Positions 44,881 to 62,991 of a stretch of DNA of 64,000 nucleotides are shown here, in pieces. The stretch lies in the NCBI RefSeq assembly GCF_009914755.1, contig NC_060926.1; one strand, given 5' to 3'. How positions within the stretch are numbered: position 1 is the first letter of the stretch; each line of letters opens with the position of its first letter. The notes below the pieces were generated by a model, which saw only the letters and a program-made list of their open reading frames with translations, was not told the origin of the DNA and did not search any database. The DNA comes from the human T2T-CHM13v2.0 reference genome, Homo sapiens. The position numbers and the translations under genes are program-made.

Positions 44881-45935
44881 AACTGATGATTTCTAAGGTT
44901 CTCCTAACATGGCATGTTTCTAAATATGCCCCTTTCCCCAAGGAGATTCTCTCGGTGGAGCAGTTCTTGTGTCTAAATCCTGAAACAGGATTTCAGCCAT
45001 TAATCATTTGTGACTATTATTATTTTTATTCTCTAAACATCAGTTCTGAATCATAGAGTCCACAATCCATCCATCTCTGGATAGGAAGAAATACAGGAAG
45101 ATAGGAGCCCCACGTGGTTATAGTGTACACTGCCCCTTGTGCCTTTTCAGTGTTTTTCATAACCCTCATGAGAAATAATGTTGGCAGGTGTTACCAGTAC
45201 TAGTGATCTCTGGTCAAATGTTTGAGTAAAGGAAAATGTGGCTGGATATGGTCTCTGGGCACCCAGCATTTCCTTCCAGTGGGCGTTCCTGTACTACAGA
45301 GGCTAGAAGGCTAAAAACTACATTTCCCAGATAATCTTTGCAGCTAGGGAGCTGGATGCAAATTATTTTCTGCCAATTAGATGTGCTTGCATGAGATTTG
45401 GAGAGCAGAAGTGAGGCAGAAGCATCAAAGCTCTGGGCACTGAGCTCATGAAGACTGAGCATGATAAGAGGCAGTTACTGTATAGTAACTCTGTTTCTTC
45501 TTAAAAATATTTGGGCAGTTTCGTTCTGGGCTGAACCCTGACTAAAAAGCTCTCCTTACAAAAATTACAGGAGATTCCCATCAGGCTTGGCATGGCGCTA
45601 AGTTAGGTCTATCACACGTACCACAGTGTTGAGAGATTGTAGAAGGGCAGGCTGTGATAGCTGCATTTGTCCCAGCCTTCAGAAGGAAGCAGTGTTCTTT
45701 CCCTCACTGTAGTGAGACCAGTAAGGCCTCACAGCCCACTCTGGAAGGTGTCCTGATAGCCACCAGTAGGGAGCTACTAAAACACAGTAGGGACTCTCCT
45801 TCATTTCCTTTGACAGAAACCTCTTGTGATTCCTAGAAACATAAAGACTTCCCTACCTCATATGTAGCTGAAAAGGTGGCATCATCACCACTTTATGGCT
45901 TCCGAAGAAGAAACATGTCAAGAATAATAGCTTGC

Positions 45936-46230
<295 letters not shown>

Positions 46231-46567
46231 CTAGCTATTCATTTTTTGAAGAAAAAATCAATACAAAGTACTGAAGAATGTATTATTTCTTTTTTTTAAG
46301 ATGATGGTACTTATGTCATTTTTTACAGAACCTGTGAAGTTATGAATTCTACCTCCCTTGCATTTGTTCTGTTTCAGAGAACCCTAGAGTCAAGAGGGAA
46401 CTTAGGCATCACCGTCATCAGTATTTAAGCAAAAGAAGCATTTAATCAGACTTTCTGAGGATACCAGTAAATAAAACAGATAAAAGCAGAACTATCTGGT
46501 TGAAGTGGAGATGGTCTAATTATGTCCCTCCCAACTTCTCTGAACCCAACTAACTCTTCCCCTCCTA

Positions 46568-47321
<754 letters not shown>

Positions 47322-47809
47322 TTATGGATAAGGAAACTGATGCCCAAAGAGGTATGATTTGCTCAAAGCCACACAGCTTTTATATGGCAAATCCAAGGCT
47401 CAAACCCAGATCTTCCTTCATCCAGTGAGGCCAGAGCTTTTCCCACTGCATCACACAGCTTCTAGTCCCTCTTATCCAGGTTTCCAAGCTTCAAGGACCT
47501 CAAAGTTCCCTCTCTACTGTGATGCTTTACCTGACCACCTCTGCCACAACGATTGCTATTTCCTTACGTTCCACTCATTCTTACCACCTGGGTCTCTTAC
47601 CAAGCACTCCCTCACATCTTTTATCCTTTGTACTATTTTTCTTCTTTCCCCTCCTAGATTTAAAATTCCTGTGAGTAGATCCCCCTCATCTACCTCTGAA
47701 TATCACAGAGAACACATTTGGTACTCCCAGAGTATTTCTCATAATATTTACTGAATATTATGAATATTGACTGAATAATATTTATAAAAGGAATAATGGA
47801 AGAATGTGT

Positions 47810-48250
47810 TCAGCTAAATTCTAATAATAGAATCCCCCACCCTGGATTTTAGCTGAACACATGGCTGCCTACCCAGAGATTATGCTTCCCAGACTCACTT
47901 GCAGCTAGGTATGGCCATGTGACCAAGATTTGACCAATGGGATGTGAGTGGAAGTAACACATGCAACTTCCAGGTCATTTCCTTAAAAGGAAACTGTTTG
48001 CCCTTCCCCTCCTCGTTCTCCTTGGACTTGGTCGTGGTAATAGCTTCAACCATGTGGAAGAGAACAATTCCATATGGGATGATGGAGTACTAAGATATTA
48101 GGAACCAGGGTGCTCAGGTAACTTTACGGAGCAGAGCCACCCTGATCGGCCTGCCTGCCTACCTCTGGACTTGTATGTGCAAGAGAAATAAATGTTTATC
48201 TTTTTGCGTCTCTTGTTTTACATCAGCTTACCTTGTGCCTTAACAGAATG
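47810..48250 (+). mobile_element. LTR16-like ERVL solo LTR
   Basis: 'ttcccagactcacttgcagctaggtatggccatgtgac...ccaatgggatgtgagtggaagt...agagaaataaa'. Confidence 0.65.
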
Positions 48251-48739
48251 CAACTATAATATCTGCCAACATACTTCACATTACTTTGTGAAAATCAAAT
48301 CAGATCACACTTGCACTCCATCTTGTAAAGTATTAAGTAAAATTCCAATATGAAATATGGTTGAACCTCAAAGAAGGCCCATTACATGTGTGTTTGACTC
48401 CTTCGATACAATATACTGAATACCTCCCATATGCAAGGGACATGGAAGGATGTTAATATTGAGAGCAAACACTCTCAGGCACCTTGCTATGCATGTCATC
48501 TTGTTCCCTTATCCCAACGATCCTAGGAAGTGAGTATTTTCAATCACATATCATAGGTAAGGAGACTGAAACACAGGGAGCTCACTTACGTGGTAAGGGC
48601 AGAGCTGGGCTTCATTCCCAGGCCTGTCTGTCCTCACTCCACATACCAAAGCTCCACCCCAGGCACTGCAGTCACTGCCCTCAAGGACCTCAGAGTCGAC
48701 GTGGAGAACAGATTCACAAGCCAGTAACTGTACCACAAG

Positions 48740-49260
48740 GCAGAATGAAATGAGTGCCATCACAGAGGCCTAAGAGCACAATCCAGGGGTATTCCAGGAA
48801 GGAGCCATTAATTCTAGCCTAGGAGGTTGGGAAGGGCTTTTTACAGAGGAAGTTCCATTTACACTGACCTTTGAGAAACGAGAAGTAGATAGACAGAGAA
48901 GGGGAGGGCCAGCCAGCCGAGACACCAGAATGAACAAAAAGAGGAACGTAGAGAACACGTGGATAATGAGGAGCAGCGTGGTGTGAGTGGACTGTGGAGG
49001 GGCTTCATGCTGGGGGTGAGGAGGAGCTGGGCCTGAAAGGCAGACCAGGGCCAGACCAGGGAAAGCCTTGTATGCCAGGAGAGAGCCAAAATGCTGCTGT
49101 TTAGGCAACAAGGAATCACAGATGTTTGAGGAGGGATGTCATGCAACCCAACACGTGAGCTAGCATGAAGGAACAGACAAGAGAAAAGGCAGAGGGCTCA
49201 GGCTACTGCAAAATCAGCCAGACAACACTGGGTGAGGGCCCTGGTGCAAGGCAGTGAGCA
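48740..49260. mobile_element. L2 remnant
   Basis: 'ggaagggctttttacagaggaagt..catttacactgacctt' and 'ggccagaccagggaaagccttgtatgcca'. Confidence 0.55.
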
Positions 49261-49345
49261 GCCATGCCTAAAAGGCATGCTCCCTAGGGCCACTGACTGG
49301 ACGTGAGCATCTCAACCAGCACTCTGAGATCTGGGTCGCCCATGA

Positions 49346-49805
<460 letters not shown>

Positions 49806-50786
49806 TAAGCGAAAACAACAACTAAGGCCTGGAGCCCACATTGTCCCCACAGCAGCACCCACAGGGCCACCGCTCTGGCAGCCTCCCTCAAGCCAAGTCA
49901 AAAGTCCCACCAGCACACAGAAAAAAATAGATCCCCATGCCATGTGCCTCTCAGCTTGTCAGCAGTGCAGTGTGGCTGTTTTCTGGCTCCTGGGCTGTAG
50001 GGGAAATGGTTGAGCTTCCTAGCAGGCAGCTGTGGTAAATAATGAGTTCTAAGGAAAACCCTGAGAGCAAACTTCTTGGGAGCTACGAGGCAAAGGGCAG
50101 GGCGGTGGCGGTGACAGACGGTGTTCGTGTAGCCCTCCTCCACCCTCTCGCCTGACACACAGAGCTTTCTCTTTCGTGACTGTTTTTTAGCCTCCTTTTC
50201 CCTTTCAACCACCCACCACTCAATTCTTTGAGGGAAAATTAACATTCATTATGCAATTTATCTCTCTCCGTTTAATCCAGAGTGTCTGTCTCCAAGGTCC
50301 CTACTCAATAATTAATGTTTGTTCTCATTTCCCATTCTCCAGAGCATCTATTCTTGAACCGTAGGGTCAACAATTAACACTAATTACGGCTTTTCCTCTC
50401 TCCAGTGTTGATGCTCAGAATCCCAGGCCGCCTGCTCAGCCTCAGCTATCGGTGCGCACGTGACCGTGTGTGTGCCCTGAGATGCAGGAGCACCGAGAGG
50501 CAGGCTTTGTCAAGCCCCACCGCAGTTTAGCAAATCAGTAAAACCCAAACATTCTTTCTTGGCATCCTCTCTAGTCTATTTGTTATTGGTAATGAGACGA
50601 TGAAGCAAAAAATAAATAAATAAAATTATTTGGAGATGAGTTTGGTGGCTAGGCAGACTAGAAGATTTCTAAGTCTTTTCCGGTTTGAATTTTCTAGGAT
50701 TCCTTTTTTTCTTCTCTGTTGCTCTCTCCCCGATATCTCACACCTCCCTCTCCCTTCTCTCTCTCTCCGCTTCTCTCTCTCTCTCA

Positions 50787-51165
<379 letters not shown>

Positions 51166-51708
51166 CTATTACCTCTCCCTTAACTTTCACAAGTCTCATT
51201 CTAATTCTCATCAGTCATTAAGACAGCATTGTTTTAACTAATTTTCATTTTGACTGACAAGGGTAGCTAGGAAAATAATTCTCACCCCAGGTGACTAGCA
51301 GATCACAAAAAAAAAATTCATCAGGGGCTGTGAAAAAGCCTGTCTGTCTTTTTGGCTAGAATCAGATGGACTAGAATCCCTCCTGGCTCCCCTGGTCCAA
51401 CACTCTGTTTGTGCTACAACTGGAGAGGGGGGCTTTTTGTGCGTGTCTGTCATCCCCCATGGCTGCACACACTGAGACACAGCTGCTGTTCAAATCTGGG
51501 CATCTTGCAGCATGTGTCAAACGTTAACTGTTTCATGATCTTATTTTGTCAAAAGTTCTTCTTACAGAATTTTATCATCATGGACCCTACAGAATTTTAC
51601 CTTTAAACATCTTAGATAAAAACATTATTTTCCTCAATGCTTTTTTAATCCTAGATCAACCTTCTCTCCAGAATATCATCTGTGGATTTTCAAAAACATC
51701 CAATTCAA

Positions 51709-52009
51709 GGCCGGTGCGGTGGCTCACACCTGTAATCCCAGCACTTTGGGAGGCTGAGGTGGGCAGATCACTTGAGGTCGGGAGTCGAGACCAGCTTGGC
51801 CAACATGACGAAACCCCATCTCTACTAAAAATCCAAAAAATTAGCCAGGCGTGGTGGCACATGCCCGTAATGCCAGCTAGCCAGGTGGTTGAGGCAGAAG
51901 AATTGCTTGAACCCTGTAGGCAGAGGTTGCAGTGAGCCAAGATCGTGCCACTGCACTATAGCGTGGGCAGCAGAAAGAGACTCCATCTCAAAAATTTAAA
52001 AAAAAGAAA
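51709..52009 (+). mobile_element. Alu (AluS)
   Basis: Full dimer ending about 125 nt upstream of exon 12. Confidence 0.93.
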
Positions 52010-52072
52010 CAGTTCATTGCAAAGCTTAAACACTGAGGCAATCACTTCATGTTTTCCCCTGTCTTCGGATAA

Positions 52073-52216
<144 letters not shown>

Positions 52217-52854
52217 TAAAAAGTCACCTCGACTTCTCTATGTAATTTGACTCATGATCATATTATTTCATATATAGACCTCCAGAAACCCACAATTTCT
52301 CCCCAAATATACCAATAAGTAGCAGAGAGGATTTGCTTCTTGGAAAGCCTGAGAAATGTGTTGTTCTGTTGAGTTACTCATGGGCAGCCCCGTGGTCTGA
52401 GTGTAAATATTAGTGAGGAAGAGACGTCGGGTGGAACCAAGTGCTTGGGCTTAGCTGGCCTGGGGAAGGATAATTTGCAGGGATGTCCTGTGGGTCCTGC
52501 AGGTAATCCACTGCACAATTCCCTAAATAATGAGGTAGACATTGTCCCCTGGAGTCGTGCATCCCTCAGCCTGCACACACCACAAGCTAGGAGCCGATCT
52601 GGGAAAGACTCAGGCTTGTATTTTCAATGGAAGACTGAGGCCAGGTCTGCCTCTCCTCAGATTCCTTTTCTATTTCATTTCCCCCATGGAGAGATCTGCA
52701 AAAACTGGGAGTATAGGTTGACTTTGTAGCTCATCCTCCACCCACAGACATGGCTGCTGCTGCTTCAGACCAAGGGAAGGATGATGACCTGGAGACTTTC
52801 TCTCCTAAAAATAGTCTTTGATTAACAGAGAAATGTGAGTGGTGTTCCTAGCTG

Positions 52855-52855
<1 letters not shown>

Positions 52856-52887
<32 letters not shown>

Positions 52888-53167
52888 AGATGGAGCTTCG
52901 CTCTTGTCGCCCAGGCTGGAGTGCAATGGCAAGGTCTTGACTCACTGCAACCTCTGACTCCCGGGTTCAAGCAATTCTCCTGCCTCAGCCTCCTGAGTAG
53001 GCGGGATTACAGGCGCCTGCCACCAAGCCTGGCCAATTTTTGTATTTTTAGTAGAGACGGGGCTTCACCATATTGGCCAGGCTGGTCTCGAACTCCTGAC
53101 CTCGTAATCTGCCCACCTCAGCCTCCCAAAGTACTGGGATTACAGGCATGAGCCACCACTCCTGGCC
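52856..53167 (-). mobile_element. Alu (AluS)
   Basis: Antisense dimer with a long T tract; flanking gctgctt duplication. Confidence 0.93.
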
Positions 53168-53523
53168 TCCTGGCTGCTTCTTTTGGGGCTGGGCAGCAAT
53201 GAATCCTGCATGAAGAAGCTGCTGTAGGAACAGGCGGGAGGCAGTGCCACAGATCAAGGGCTATAGGCAAATCAGGGTGGAAGGATTGTTTTTGCCAGAG
53301 ATTGCAAAACTAAGAGAAAAGTCACAACTGTATCCTTGCCAATCTCAAAATCTGTAAGCAGAGAAATATCTGGGAGTCTGGCCCTCTGCATTCCCCCTTG
53401 CCATCTTCCTTGGGCAGACATCCTGACGAAGGTAGAAAGAGTTTCCATGCCATTTTTGTTCATTCTCATGCATTGGTTAGAACTGGGCCAGAGCAGCTCT
53501 TAAATAGGAGCCCTCAGTAAAAA

Positions 53524-53564
53524 TGATGATGATGGTGGTGGTGGTGGTGGTGGTGGTGGTGGTG
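53524..53564. repeat. (GAT)n(GGT)n trinucleotide microsatellite
   Basis: Read directly. Confidence 0.95.
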
Positions 53565-54705
53565 ACAGCTACTGTTGTTATATATTCCTGATATGCCAAA
53601 CATCATGCTGAGTGCTTTGCATTCATTATTTCATTTCATCCCTACAGTAGTGATAGGAGATAAATCCTATTATTATCTTCATTTTTCATCTAGGACAATG
53701 TGGCTCAAGAGAGGTTAAGTGACTTGCCCAAGGTCACACAAAGTAGTAAAGTTAGGATTTGAACCCAAGGAACCTGTATTTTTATGACTAAGCATGGTTC
53801 ATAGTAGCATTGGTCTAAAGAGGGACAATTCCATCTGACAATATATGAGAGTTTAGGAAGTCCTTGACTTAGTAATGACATATGCAAACAAATGGCTTCT
53901 GTCCAACCTCCGTTTCCCCCTCCAATTCCCCCTACTCAGCATCAGACACCCTTTTGTGGGTAACACTAAAAAGGATTTGCAACTTCTAGAGATATCATAG
54001 GGAGAAGAGGAGAAGCTGGAAAAAAAAAAAGTAACAGTTTGGGAGAATCAAAGTCCTGAAACAAATTTTCAAGCAAGATAAGCCTGTTTACCGGCTAGCT
54101 CTGCAAACCAAAATATTCTTTCTAATAGCACCTAAAATGTTACCATTTCCCTTCATTCTACTATTAAAATCTCACCAATAAAAAACTAACCTTGGATTAA
54201 GAAGTATCCTCTTAAGATTCTGAAACTTCAGAGAGGTGAATAGTCTGTCACACTTTAGTAAAAGTGTATTTAATCAGATAGTTGCTCTCTTGCAACCTAG
54301 CTAGAAACAGCTGCTCTGAGGGACTAAAAATTCTGATGGGGTGGAAACAAAGGTGAGTAATTTGGAAGTATATAGAGCTTAAGGGTTGAAATATGCCTGG
54401 CCCATGGAGTGCCCCAGGGGGCTCAGATGAACAGCAGAACATCAGCTGCATGGAGAAGGGGACACTAGAAGGAGAAAAGTACAGAAGGGGCCATGACAGT
54501 GCCCCAAAGGCTAACTTAGCCTATTACAGGAGGCCTCGCAGAAAGCTGTAGATCCAGGAAATGGAGAGAACGTTTTGATCCTTCTCGCCTCTATTCCTAG
54601 TAACTAAAAGACCTTGGACTAATGCAAATCTCTTTCCTATTTCCAGGCTTTAGAATGTACTGTTCCCTCTGCCTGGAGCACAGTTCCTCATCTCCTATCC
54701 AACAT

Positions 54706-54915
54706 TTTTTAATTGCGGTAAAATACAGATAACATAAAATTTGTCATCTGAACCATTTTTAGTGTGCAGTCCAGTGGCGTTAAGTACATTCACATTATTG
54801 TGCAAACAGTCTCCAGAACTCTTTTCATCTTGCAAAACTGAAACTTTATACCCATTAAACAACTCCCCCTCCTCCCTCCCCTAGCCCCTGGCAACCACCA
54901 TTCTACTTTCTGTTA
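54706..54915 (-). mobile_element. L1MB-like 3'-end fragment
   Basis: 'ggtaaaatacagataacataaaattt...ctccagaactcttttcatcttgcaaaactgaaact...cccctggcaaccaccattctactttctgt'. Confidence 0.85.
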
Positions 54916-55167
54916 TCCCCTGACTTTTACCCCTTGTCCTAGTTAACTCCTGCTAATCCTTCACTTCCCAATTTAGGCCTCAAACTGACCTCCCCACAAA
55001 GGTTTTTCCACTTTCCCCTCACCCTCCTTCCCTTCCCCCTCCCTGCCGATGGGGTGACACTCACCACCAACATGTGCACAATGAACCATGCTTACCCAGT
55101 TACAGCCACAGCAGCTCACTCACTGCATTGTCCACTGACTAGACTTTTCTCTCCATGAAACTGCAAG

Positions 55168-55479
55168 CTTTTTTTCTTTTCTTTTCTTTTGAGACAGGGT
55201 CTCCCTCTGTTGCCCAGACTGGAGTGCAGTGGCTGGATCTCAGCTCACTGCAGCCTTGACTTCCTGGGCTCAAGCGATCCTCCCATCTCAACCTCCTGAG
55301 TAGCTGGGACTACAGGTGCTTGCCATCATGCCTGTCTTTTTGGGGTTTTTTTTTTTTTGGTAGAGATGGGGTTTCACCATGTTGCCCAGACTGGTCTCCA
55401 ACTTCTGGGCTCAAGCCATCTTCTCACCTTGGCATCTCAAAGTGCTGGGATTACAGGCGTGAGGCACCACACTCAGTCA
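55168..55479 (-). mobile_element. Alu (AluJ-like)
   Basis: Antisense dimer. Confidence 0.9.
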
Positions 55480-55854
55480 CTAGACTGCAATCTTTTTAAG
55501 GGCAGGGGCCCACCAGCAACCCTATTACCTGGTAATATGCTGCTAACACATACCTACTGTCAGTGCAGCATAAGCATTTGATGATTGAAAAGGTTTAGCT
55601 ACAACATGGGTGAAACAGGCCTTTTTTTTTTTTTTTTCAGGTTGACTTGGAAACTTAATCACTATGCAGAACAGCCTCCACAGGAAAATGCATTCCACAT
55701 ATAAGCATAGGGTGCCTCTTTCACAACTTAGAACCTTATTTGTTCCCTTGATTTGCCCAATGACCTTAACAAAAACATTTTTACATCACTTTGTGCTTAA
55801 TATTCCCCATTTGTTGCTAAGGGAATAGATATAACACTACTTTGAAAGTATCTG

Positions 55855-56426
<572 letters not shown>

Positions 56427-56595
56427 TAGAGCTTTCACAATTTTTTGTGTTCTTTTTGGTCATTTGGTTTTAATTACTATTTTCAGATAAAAGTGATAGG
56501 ATTCTGAAAGGATTGTGTAGACGGTAGTCTTTGGGTATTTGTGGACATGAAGGTTGATTTCAGCTATTTGAAATGACCTCAGAAGTCAGGGGAGT

Positions 56596-56740
56596 GGCAC
56601 GGTGTGGTGGCTCATGGCTGTAATCTCAGCACTTTGGGAGGCCAAGGTTGGAGAATTACTTGAGGCTAGGATTCAAGACCACCCTGGCCAACATAGCAAG
56701 ACCCTGTCTCTAAAAATATTTAAAAAATAAATAAATAAAA
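56596..56740 (+). mobile_element. Alu left monomer (FLAM-like)
   Basis: Single arm with an A-rich tail. Confidence 0.85.
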
Positions 56741-57540
56741 CATCAGGGACACACACAATTTGTCATTTTACAGAGGCATGAAGTCAAATCATTGATATTG
56801 CAAGGCTTGGAGACAGAGACTATTACTGAGCTAGTGAGTGAGCCTAGCCAGCCTCGCAGCACTCACACGTCTCATATTGTGGTCTATAATTCATTATAAC
56901 ATCTGCAATAGCTCTTGTGCAGTTACTTTTCAAACAGAAGAACATTGATTTCTTTATATATACATAGATACATACACATGCATTTTTAATGGCCCTAAAA
57001 AAAAGCTGACTGCTGGGACTCGTGATGGAAGTAAGAGAAAGTGAAGTGGTCTAACAATGTGATGGTTCTCTGCCAAAAAAATAGTTTAATAAATCACTCT
57101 AAGCCTTTATTTATAGTCTCATTAAGAGTCCAAAGAACTCTCTCTCTTTTTCCAATTCTTTTTTAGTTTTATCACCAATAGATACACACTAGGAGTATTC
57201 ACAAATCTAAGGATTCTTAAAATTCTCAGGATGTGTCCTTCCCAAGTAGCCAGGATCTGCTGTTCATTTAGTGCATGATATGCATTAAGGGATCAGGACC
57301 TTGCCCAAGTAGTGAAGTAATACTTAGCACAATGCATTTTAAAGCAGGTGTAGATCTTAGGATTTTGTGTGTGAGTTATATTTCTCAACCTATATTAAAG
57401 TTTAGAATATTAAATTTTCTTCTGTCAGAGTGATCAAAAATTATAACTTTCATTAACTAGTAATTCTTACATAGTATTTTCTATTTAATCACCCTTCAGA
57501 CATTTATGTTGTCTTCTCATCACAACTATAAAGAAGCTTA

Positions 57541-57921
<381 letters not shown>

Positions 57922-57999
57922 TCATACATCTCTCTGTGGCCTGAGGATTTTGCTATTGTCTTGGTTTCCCCATAATCCCTCCTTTGAAAATTAATGTAG

Positions 58000-58346
<347 letters not shown>

Positions 58347-58801
58347 TCTGTGAGTATGTTTTACAAAGCAGAAAGATATTGCTCATTCATTTATTCAACA
58401 AACACTAATTGTCCATCTACTAGTGACAAATACTATGGTAGGCACAAAAATACAGTTGAGAGACCACGTCCATGCCTTAAAGTAGTCCACAGGGGTGGAA
58501 TGTGTTGAGAGCTATGAACGAGTTCAGACTGACTCAGCCTGGAGGTTGAGAAGGCTTTTGGAAGGAGAGGACACTTAAGCAGAGTTTCTAAGAATGTATG
58601 TAGGAACTAGCCGAGTGGTAAAGAAAGGATGCTCTAGGAGAAAGGACAATATAAAGGTGAGAGAGCATGGCAGCATGGAGAAACTGAAGCAACTTGTAAT
58701 GACTGCACCCCAGGGTACATGCAGGGGAAGGAGTGATGAAAAATGCACCTTGCAAAGGAGGCAGGAGCCAGATCATGAAGGGCCATAGAAAGCAGCTAAG
58801 A

Positions 58802-59100
<299 letters not shown>

Positions 59101-59255
59101 TGAAAGCAGCTAAGGAATTTACGCCAATGACGGTGGGACTCTGCTTACACAGGAATTGACATCACCAGATTTTTATTTTATAGAAATGACTCCCAGCTAT
59201 GTAGAGACTGGATTGGAAGAGATAAGACTAGGGACTGGGACCCCAGATATCTTTA

Positions 59256-59584
<329 letters not shown>

Positions 59585-59763
59585 TACATATATATATATG
59601 TATGTGTATATATATATGTATATATGTATATATATATAGTATATATGTATATATGTATATATATAGTATATATGTGTATATATAGTATATATGTATATAT
59701 GTATATATATACATATATACATATATGTATGTGTATATATATATATATATATATTTTTTTTTT
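59585..59763. repeat. (TA/TG/CA) AT-rich compound microsatellite
   Basis: Read directly. Confidence 0.95.
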
Positions 59764-59764
59764 C

Positions 59765-60331
<567 letters not shown>

Positions 60332-61534
60332 CTAGCTAGGCTTTCATTCTGGGCTTGGTAAACTGCCATGTGCCTTTAGACCTTTCCATAAAAAATAATT
60401 TATGAACTTTTGAGAGAGATTGGTATTCCCAAAGCTAAAGCTAGACCCTTGAGACTTAGCTAGGCTTAATCTAAAAAGATATAAGTAAAAGGACTGTTAT
60501 CCCAAATTGGAAGAAAAATATTGCCCTTGCATTTACTGGGTACTTCCATATTTAAATTCAGACTGACTCATATTTTCTAGATCTGTCTACTTGACTCCCT
60601 AGTTAGAGCTCCCAGGGGGATGTCTTTTGCCTGGAGACTTATTCAGGCCTCCAGCAACTATTCCCTACGCCCATCTCACCCTCCTCCTCATTCAGGAAGA
60701 TTTAAAGTGAAAATGTGTAGCATAAACAGGATCTTAAATCTCGTCCCAAGAATTTGATAATGACAATACCAAAAGGCCATCTTGGGTCTTAGTCTCCTGC
60801 ATTAAACAAGCAGACTCAAAATTTATTATAATACTACAAACACTCTGTAGGTCATAGGTGTCTTGAGTCACATCATATAAAATAAAGTATTTTTAGATAT
60901 TCTTAAGGAAAGGTCAGAAGGACCAAAATTATCCTTCCTTTTATGGTTAAGTTTATACTGGGGAGAATTTTTTTTTTTTAATAATCTGGAATTTGCATTT
61001 GCATTTTCCATTTATGACCAAAAAAACACAAAACCATGAAGTGACTGAGGCTGACTTTCAGGCCTTCTCCCATTGGTTCCTGCTGGGGCCAGCAAGTCCC
61101 TGTGCAAAGCTATGAGAAGGCAAAGATGCTTTCTGAGACCTGTTTGGCAATGGATATATCCCCTCCATGGTGATGAAACATTGCAAGTTATGGGGTATGT
61201 TCCATGACAGCATGTTAGCCATCAAAGGGTGTGCATGCCTCAGAAATGATATACATAGACAAAGGCCCTGAACGGATTTAAAGAAGCTCCTGCCAGCACC
61301 TCCAACAGCTACTGCCCTTGTAACCACTGGATATTTGGCCACTTTGGACCCTACGGGTGTGATATTCTTTCCCAAACCCTGACATGTATCTAGGAAGGAG
61401 CCAGGTGGCCCGCCTGGCCTAATAAGGTGACTCTTTGGAGCTGATCTCTATTTTGACACCAGATGGGGCCCAAAAGAGGGTCCCATACCAAGGCAAATAT
61501 GCATCCTGAAACAATGGGAATAAATATGACTATG

Positions 61535-61858
<324 letters not shown>

Positions 61859-62991
61859 TGAAAACAACAAACAATGACCTGGGAATTAAACATAGCCAAT
61901 GCAGATTTAAATAGAAGGAAATGTTAAGGAGCCATATTCCCTGCTAGAATCAGATGCCCTTTCCTGCTTTTCAAGTTTTGAGTGTTTGGTGAAGGAGTCC
62001 ATGATTTGAAGAAGGCAGAAGAGGCTTGGGATGAGAACCCCATCTAGTAAGGGTCATCTCTAAAACTGCCTGATTATCTGGTGGGAATGCTATCTCCTCA
62101 CTAAAAGCCTGTGGTTAGATTAATGCTAGCATTTGAAAATCTGCTAAGGCCTGATGGTGGGCAGCCAAGGAAGGAATGTGTTTTCTGTTTATCTCTTTAG
62201 TGGCAGAAATGTTCATCACAGAAAGACTGTGAACTCCCAGTTTCAGGCATGCCTGGAAGTTGTGCAGCCTATAGTCTGTATAACCTGTATACACTGTAAA
62301 AACTGGAATGTGCACACCAGTTTCTGAATGACAAAAAAGAACCAGGCCTTTGTTTGCAGCCAGTTACCTGGGTTGGTCGATGGGTTAATCAGTTTCTTTG
62401 ACTTGATAACAGTTTCTTTGACTTGATCTTGCCGCATCGTTCTGAAAGGAGGTTTTACCACCCCCACTGTTCTGTCTACCAGGAATGCAGTTTGAGTTGT
62501 GTCTCCTCCTTGACAGCTTGGACCTCAGTAAATTACCAAGGTCTTGACCCAAGAGATGGAGAAGTCCTAAGTGATTTTTCAGTCTCCTATCTAAAAATGT
62601 GTTTACATTTCTTGAACTCTGGCTGACTGATTCATTCTCCTGGTGTTGCAAGAACTTTCCTTATGCATTAGAATTCATAAGTTTCATTTCTAAGAGGCCC
62701 ATGGTTCCTTCCAAGCCACAGTGTAGTGAACCTCATCACAACACAATTCTGCTGGGCTGGATTTGTCCCAAGTGTGGATCATGGCCAAAGCAGCTGTGAT
62801 GTGGCAAGCTCATTGAAGCTAACGGGAGGCAGTGTGATGTGGAGGGGAAAGTGCAAGACACTAAGTCAGGACATCTGGGTTCTGGGTCCTGGTCTTGTGT
62901 TATTTCAAGGTGTGCCCTTGAGCCAATTGAATGAAAATGCTTTCAGGGCCTCAGTTTCCCCCAAGCTGATTCAAATTTAAAAAAAAAAAAA

